A stretch of 63,730 nucleotides of DNA, the filler included, from Craspedostauros australis (taxonomy: Eukaryota), in assembly GCA_030167865.1 (NCBI GenBank). It is 11 parts of 11 records of this genome, joined end to end, with 100 filler letters (N's around TTAATTAATTAA, not from the genome) between each part and the next. Parts side by side here need not be neighbours in the genome. Positions count along the whole stretch, not along the records: positions 54,638 to 60,310 come from JALAGF010002355.1; positions 60,411 to 62,313 come from JALAGF010002356.1; positions 62,414 to 63,730 come from JALAGF010002357.1; 8 more parts are not named here. One strand, 5' to 3'. Made by a program: the position numbers and the translations under genes. Of this stretch, positions 56,621 through 63,730 are shown in pieces (positions within the stretch are counted from its first letter, which is position 1; each line of letters starts with the position of its first letter). The notes below the pieces were generated by a model, which did not search any database, was not told the origin of the DNA, and was given only the letters and a program-made list of their open reading frames with translations.

Positions 56621-59600
56621 CAGAATCCGAATGATGGGACATTTCTGACAAAACCCACGATGGCATTGATCAACACATCATGCCTGATTGGTAGCGAGAT
56701 CTCGGAAGGCAAAGTCGTACTCGTTCATAGTGGACAAAAGATGACGGAGAGCAAGCAGTCACGACGGGCACTTCTTGTCCACGAGAATAGAGGATACCCA
56801 CAACAAGGTTGAACGCATCGCGGAATAACGTGCGGAACGACAGTGCGAAACGCATGGAGCACACCGCAGCTGATCTGCGCGATCATCAGGAAGTTCTGCG
56901 CCACTGATGATGGATGGGCAACAGAGGGCGTGGTTGATGTCGGCATTCTGTGTGACTTGATGTTCTCATCATTCGCCGCTGTCTCAATAACCCCACCAGC
57001 AGCATCAACCTCAGCATCCGAATCAACATCAACAGCAGCAGGAGCAACGTCGATAGCGATATCATGGGCGTCTGGATGAATTCCATGAAGGCATTCCATG
57101 GCTGCCCTGATTGTCGCCACCACCTCCACAGCAAACGGAGCAGCATCAGCAATATTGTGCAGAGTACAAGAAGTCCCTCGTCGCCAACACAGCGACCACA
57201 TCCATCTACTCTACTCCACTCTGCTCTACTCCATGATGAGCATGTCACCTTCCCTCCAAGGACGGATCTGATCTTGACGATGACCGTTGCATACTCCTCT
57301 TCGATGCGGAGTACCCGAATGTGAGTCGTGACTGAAGCAGTAGTTGAAGAAGCTCTCTCGATGACGAAGCACGCAATGGCAACCCCACTCCATGAAGGAC
57401 GCGACGTTCCACGGCCCATTCCCAGCAACGCGCTTCGTGAGCGGAACGGTGGTGAAGTGATGCATGATGGAATCAAGGAGAGTCGAACAGAAGAGTTTTG
57501 CTCTATTCATTGCTAAAACTACTGGCATACAACTGGAGCGCGAGTGAATCATTGACTGCAACTGGAATCACGGCATGCAGAGCCCATTCGATTCGGAGCG
57601 AATTGAGTTTGCCTAATTGCGTCATGGGTGCGGATGTTGGCACAGCGAATGCTGCTGGTGACGGTGACGATGCTGGTGGTGATAGCGTGGTCGTCTGTGA
57701 TCGCCGCACTGACGGATGTGAATGAGACATGATAGGAATCCTCTTGTCCGAGTGCCTCCTTCCATCCTTCCATTCTGTTGCTGCTGCTGCAAATGTCGTT
57801 GCAATTGTTGTTGTTGGGCATCGCTATCAAGGAGAATCGCGCCCGTTGTATCGTCTGCCATCTCTTGCTCATCGTCAATCATGATCAATCTCGCTATACA
57901 GTCTGCTGTAGATTCTGCAGTCTCTGCTCATCCCTGTGAGTGAGCATGAGCTTGTGCGCGTGGTCGTAGCGCTGATCGCCTGCAATCGACGCGTATCCCC
58001 CGCCACGATCTCATATCAGTGCATGTTGGGCGAGGTTGTCCTTTTGCTTGCACTTGTACTTGCACAATTAGGGTAAGTACGAGCGAGCGAGCAAGAATCA
58101 GTGGGTGCACTCGTCCTCGTTGCCACATTGGCTATCCATTCCAAGGGCTTCCCGTTGCATCATGTTGAAGATCTGTTGTGTGTTCGAGTGTCTGTCTTGG
58201 CCGTTCCCAGAATAGTGAGGCGGTCGAAGATCGCAGCTCGCTTGGCGTACCGTACCATGCAAGTATTTGCCGACTGATAATGATCGCTAGTGACAGCTCA
58301 AAGGACGGGCATCGCCTCGGGTCGTGCTTGTGCTTGCGGGGGTGGGCTGCGAAGGGCAACCGTGAAGGATAGTGGTATGTCCACCACGTGCCTGTCCAAC
58401 GTGTTCACTCTGTACATACGAGTGTGGCCGTTTGTATTGGTCTTTGCATTGGTCTTTGTGTTGGTCTTTGCGTTTGTGGTTGCTCTGTTGTAGATTGCGA
58501 TGGAGTCCATCATGCAGTCTGTGGTGCAGTCTGCGGCGTTGTCAACATGACCAAAGCTAAGCGCTTGTCAGGTGGTGCGGTGGACGGGTGGGCAGTGCCT
58601 TGGAGACGATTGCTAGTGATGACAGCACTTCACCTCCGACTCCTCGTCATGTTGCCACCATGGGAGGCTGATGGAGAAATGATTGCAATCATTGATACCA
58701 TGCACTATTCCAGAGAACTGAAACCAGAGTTGGGATTGGCGTGAAATGATGGGAAGAACCCGGATCTATTGTTGCTTTGGTGGAAGAGGAGAGATTAATC
58801 TGGATGTTGGATTTTACCGCTGCTTTGTGTGCCGGTTGACGTTTCTCCAGCTGGACTCGGGACTCCGACACAAGTTCCGAGTCAGCGTGTCCCAACTATC
58901 TTCCATTTTGCTCATATCCGAGTCACGGATATGCGCGACTGCAGCATCACACTCTCTGGTGTGCTTCTTTGGCCATTTTTCAGTCTAAGTGTACAGCAAA
59001 TTGTTCGCAGAGTGCTGAGCCAACTTCCTTTGTTCTGGCAGCGACAAACGCGGAAGGAGCGCCAACATAGTCGTATAGTTCGTCCTCGCAGGAGGACAGG
59101 ACCCATGACGGCGAGAACGACACAACTCCTCGCGATGAGGGGAACCACAACAGCGAAGAGCACAATCATCCATGACCTTCGGAGAAGGGGCATCACCGCG
59201 CGAAGTCACAAGAGAGGAAACATGTTCCTCTCGCTTGTTGTTGGTGCCATCTGTCTTCTATTCTACCTGCAAACGCAATCGCTTGACCACGAGCAGCCAC
59301 GATAAGAGGCCGCAAGCTTTCTTACTCCAGCCCACCGATCGGTTCCCACGATGCAGTAAATCTACGTCGGTTGTTGGATGGACAAATGGGCGCACGACTC
59401 CCTTGGCAATCATTGTCGCGGGCAATCGAACATAGGGTGTTGTATAGTACACAACAAAAGAGCGCCACGCATGTGACTCCTCGAAGGGAAATGATGGGCA
59501 ACAAATCCGTCCACAATCACGACGCTTTCCGGATCTCCAAAGAACAAGTCGCCAAAAACGCGATGCTGAACAATCTTCACGTGGTCACAAAGCACACAAA

Positions 59601-59712
59601 ACACACAACACACACAAACTCATTCTAAGGACTCTTACATCACGTCGCACATCATTCCATCGTACACACTGGTACATGGAGAGGATACGTTGCACCATCG
59701 AGCAATCCGACA

Positions 59713-60039
59713 ATGACACCTGCAGCAATCTCAAACCGCACCAATGCCAGCAACGCTGGTATCTCCAATCATCGAAACGATGCCCAGGAAAATACTAACA
59801 GCGTCGATGCCATCCCATCCACACCAAAGCCACAGCTGAAGCGGCAGTCCACGCAGGAAGATGTCAGCGTGATCGACGATGCTTCGTCTGCCATCACTCC
59901 ATTTGACTCACAGAACCCGCTTCAGCAGAATGACCAGGAATTACCCTTCGAGGCAGTCGGTCTCATTGGCAGGAGCAAGGAGATCCGCATGTTGCGACAC
60001 GCATGTTGGAACATGACGAATATTCAGATTCGTGTATGA
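59713..60039 (+). CDS. possible first exon or remnant of a STAND/AAA-type ATPase gene
   Basis: LPF...GLIGRSKEI.ML motif as at 21466. Possible intron 60034..60094. No Walker A was found downstream. Confidence 0.35.
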   Translation: MTPAAISNRTNASNAGISNHRNDAQENTNSVDAIPSTPKPQLKRQSTQEDVSVIDDASSAITPFDSQNPLQQNDQELPFEAVGLIGRSKEIRMLRHACWNMTNIQIRV

Positions 60040-61214
60040 CCCGGTAGGGGTCACAGTTGCGCAAATGACTGCTCACACATATTTGTTTGTCCAGAACTCC
60101 TTCTCGCGATCAAATGTTCCAAACCCGAAAACGGAAAATTCGCAGCAGAATCCTCGAATATGACGAAAGAATCTCGGAATCTTCAGAAACAAATAATCTA
60201 CGAGTCGAGAGGAATCTAACGTCAGTGGGAACGTGAGGAGCAGAGCATGAACGTCAGCAGAGGAGCAAGACCAGATATATATGGATGAGAGGAACCACTT
60301 AGGTAAGACGNNNNNNNNNNNNNNNNNNNNNNNNNNNNNNNNNNNNNNNNNNNNTTAATTAATTAANNNNNNNNNNNNNNNNNNNNNNNNNNNNNNNNNN
60401 NNNNNNNNNNCCTCATGGTTCGCAATGATTACGATTGCAATTGCGATCATCGTCCATCTTGGTGTTCCCTCCTTCACTTGGCCTCTCCTTGGCGTCGTCA
60501 TCGTTGTTGTTCTCGTTGTGTGGATTGATTCTCAAAGATCTCTTTTTTCGGCGAGAGTTGGATTTGGAGTTCCCACGAAAGAAGCTAATGATGATCGTGA
60601 TACACACATTTGGTGGGACTGGGCACATCTCAACACACAACACTGTGATGAAGTGAGACAAGAGAGAACACAAGTTGGACCAATGAGAACACAGAACGAA
60701 CAGTTCGAATCAACTGTGTCAAACATGTGATCGATCAGGTTCTTTGTGTTTCTTTTGGCGCCAAAAAGATCATTCATCAACTGCGACGGTCATAGTCATA
60801 CTAGTCGGAGATTCTCGTTGGTGATGTTCTCACAGAAAAAGTGGTGTCGGAGTGTGCGAACTCGAAGAAGAGAAGGATCCACATCCACCAAACACGGAGC
60901 TTTCCTCCTCTATCGAGTGAGAGTGAAGCAACGAGAGGACATCCCATCGCAACACCGTCCCACACCATCCAACACCGTCCAACACAACTCTCAAATCTGC
61001 ACAACAGTCAACATCAGCATCAATCATGATCGTCGCGCCGCTGTCCGCACTGAAGTGCTGGCAGGCACCACCTTCTTCCATCAACGAGGTGATGAAGAAC
61101 AACCGATCGTGGCAAACAATGGAGTCCTCATGATCGCCGTTTCATCCATTCAGACATTCAGGCATTCAGACATTCAGGCATTGATCGACTCCGGAATCCA
61201 ACACGATGAGCTGA

Positions 61215-62313
61215 TGCTGACACCATCGAGGACAGGGTGCCCTCGTCGGTCTCCCACCAGTCCACCGCTACCTCATGGGGCATCAGTTCATGGTCCTCCT
61301 CATGGTCCTCCTCATGGTCTTCACCATCAATCAGTGCGGTGCCCCGCTCGCCGATGCCGAAGTCTTCGGACTCCCACACATCATCATCCAGATCTTCCTC
61401 GGATCCGGAGCCGCCATGATCCTCATGACCGCCATGGCCAGACAGCTCAACTCCCAAGTCAACGCCTCCCTGTGCATGCTTCACTACATCAACAACGTCT
61501 TTGCTGTCTATGTCGCCCTCGCCATCGAGTTCTCTGGACTTCTTCACTCGTGCTACCTCGTCCAGTTGTTCTTCGTCTGGGCCTCAGGCAAGGACATCGA
61601 GTGGAAGGAACCACCACGCGACGGTGCCCAGAACCTCTTCTGCTGCACCTGCATCCTCATCTCCCTCGCCATCCCTCGCCATCCTGTGCTGCGCCATGGC
61701 CGCCATCCTCTTCTTCCTCTTCATGTCCATCGTCGGTATGCTCAAGGGTATGCTGGAGGATATGCAGATCGCCTTCTTCGCCGTCTCCAAGCTTCCAAAG
61801 GAGGAGAGTGGAGACCACCCAATGGCCTGCAAGACCTGCGAGCTCCTCTTCCGCGGTGACGGACGCAACCTTCCAGGATTCATGATCGGACGTCAGATCT
61901 GCGTGTCCATGTATTTCTTCATCATCGCCCGTGTCACCACTCCTTGATGTCGAGGTCGGAACTGGCGAGAACATCTTCGGAGTCTCCGACAGCACCCAAA
62001 CATTCTTCAACACCGGATTTCTCGGAGCTCTCATCATCACCACCATCGCCTCCATCACATGGCAGCTGGTCGCATCCGTCTTCCCAATCGCCTTCCTTTC
62101 CAACCCAATCGTCTACATCTTCCTTCAGTTCTGTCTGTTGTTGGAAGCCACCGGTATCTGCTCCGGATCCTGGGTTCTCATTTCCGTCCACAAGGTCGTC
62201 TCTGGCTTTCAGCTCGATGAGGTGTACATTGGCACTCCAGAGGAGCGTGCCGCCAGCATGAAGCCAGACCATCAGAGCAACCACAACCTGCACCTTGGAA
62301 CCACCGCCGTCTT
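61215..62313 (+). pseudogene. SIT: silicon (silicic acid) transporter, frameshifted with internal deletions and duplications
   Basis: QGALVGLPP, YLMGHQF, QLNSQVNAS.CML.YINN, AIEFSGLLH, MQIAFFAV.KLP, NLPGFMIGRQ, FFNTGFLGALI.T..AS..WQLVAS, DEVYIGTPEER, spread over three frames. Confidence 0.9.
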
Positions 62314-62413
62314 NNNNNNNNNNNNNNNNNNNNNNNNNNNNNNNNNNNNNNNNNNNNTTAATTAATTAANNNNNNNNNNNNNNNNNNNNNNNNNNNNNNN
62401 NNNNNNNNNNNNN

Positions 62414-63730
62414 GATCACATCTCACCAACTGCATGTCAAGTGGAGGCTGCTCCAAAGCTCACCTGGCGCAAACTGCTCCAGCGCGATGATTGAGATGAG
62501 GAGCAANNNNNNNNNNNNNNNNNNNNNNNNNNNNNNNNNNNNNNNNNNNNNNNNNNNNNNNNNNNNNNNNNNNNNNNNNNNNNNNNNNNNNNNNNNNNNN
62601 NNNNNNNNNNNNNNNNNNNNNNNNNNNNNNNNNNNNNNNNNNNNNNNNNNNNNNNNNNNNNNNNTCCACCTGGGGTGGCAATGTGCACATCTTTGGTCAC
62701 ACATATGCTGCTACTCCCGACCTCATGGAGTTCCGCATCTTGGTGGCCATCATTAAAGTGCAAGGACTGCTCATGTACAGAGCTGACATCGCAAATGCAG
62801 TTGCCAAAGCACCTGCCAGTGCACAACATCACTACATGCAAATCGATGATCAGTTCCGCAGCTAGTGGAAGCACAATCATGATGTTGTTCTGGGTTAACA
62901 CATGGTTGTGCTTTTCTCAAGAATCTACAGAGCATCCTGAAGCACCGCTACAGCAGAGTCCACATACCAATCAGCTACTCAAGGACATGGGGTTCACGCA
63001 ACAACTCAAGCACCATGTTTGCACATTGGAAACCTTCACGCCCACAATGCATACATGCCCTGGCAGGTGGAAAACTTTGCAGTGGCAACCAAGGATGAGA
63101 ACTTTTATGAGGAGTTCTGTGACATGCTTGATGCTCGGCTGAACCATCCCATCACTTGGTACGGTCTGTTTGCACACTACAACGGACTGGATCTCACTCA
63201 GACCTGACGACATGTGAATGAGCACTGCTCCACATACATCAACAAGGTGCTCTGGCAACATGATTGGCATTGATTGAAGTCTACACAACGCCTACCCATG
63301 CGCGCAGACAATGGATGTGTGTGGCAATTGGATCAGGCAGTCTTACCCAACATGGAAGCCAAGCATCATGGTCTGCAATCCAAGTCCTTCAGCTACCACT
63401 GAGCCATTGGCAAGCTCATCTGGGCCATGGTTTCCTGTTGCCCTGACATCTCCTTCCCTGTGGTGAAGCTGAGCCAAGTCTTGATGAACCCTGCATGTGT
63501 ACACAACAAAGCCGTCAAATAACTCTTCAGGTATGTTGCATCCACCAGGGACTTTGGGATCACCTACTGGTGACAGTCTCCTGTTCCGCAGCTTGCAGAT
63601 GTGCCAGCACTGAAACACCTCTTGCCTGCCAACAACAAGTGCCACTGCCCAACGGACCAGGCCACCATCCAGGCAACTTTGCTACATGTATGCATGGACG
63701 CCGATTGGGGTGCTGATACAAGGTGTCGTA
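62414..63730 (+). pseudogene. pol: heavily decayed copia RT to RNase H start
   Basis: ADIANAVAKAP..YMQIDDQFRS*W, QVENFAVA (from QVDDFA), AIGKLIWAMV..PDIS..VVKLSQ, DADWG. Multiple stops and frameshifts. Confidence 0.8.

Noticed and set aside
56650..59450. Short ORFs on both strands (Q-rich start at about 57860, TM-containing 58829..59305)
   Set aside because: They are stop-riddled with no recognisable domain, so I cannot support a product call.

Overview
This is eukaryotic nuclear DNA, almost certainly from a diatom: it contains a silicon-transporter (SIT) homologue, diatom-type (CoDi-like) Ty1/copia elements and an Ambal-like LINE. It is not one locus. Ten identical 100-nt spacers (N44-TTAATTAATTAA-N44) join 11 separate contigs, so neighbours across a spacer are not real neighbours. 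The sequence is transposon-dense and decaying. It holds at least five copia pol/gag segments, two insertions of a short-LTR element with an apparent half-tRNAiMet primer site, and solo LTRs nested in other elements (one with a clean AGTTC target-site duplication). It also holds a nearly complete two-ORF APE-RT-RNase H non-LTR retrotransposon (37.5-45.4 kb) inserted in a copia element. Host genes include an NRPS-like adenylation-carrier-ankyrin gene cut by a copia LTR, a P-loop NTPase with a targeting-peptide-like N-terminus, a spliced Cys-rich secreted protein, an LRR/RNI-like protein and a 1079-aa low-complexity protein. Pseudogenes include SIT, an FAD monooxygenase, an ankyrin-BTB gene and a duplicated 3.2-kb block. 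All family assignments are from motif recognition by eye, not database searches.
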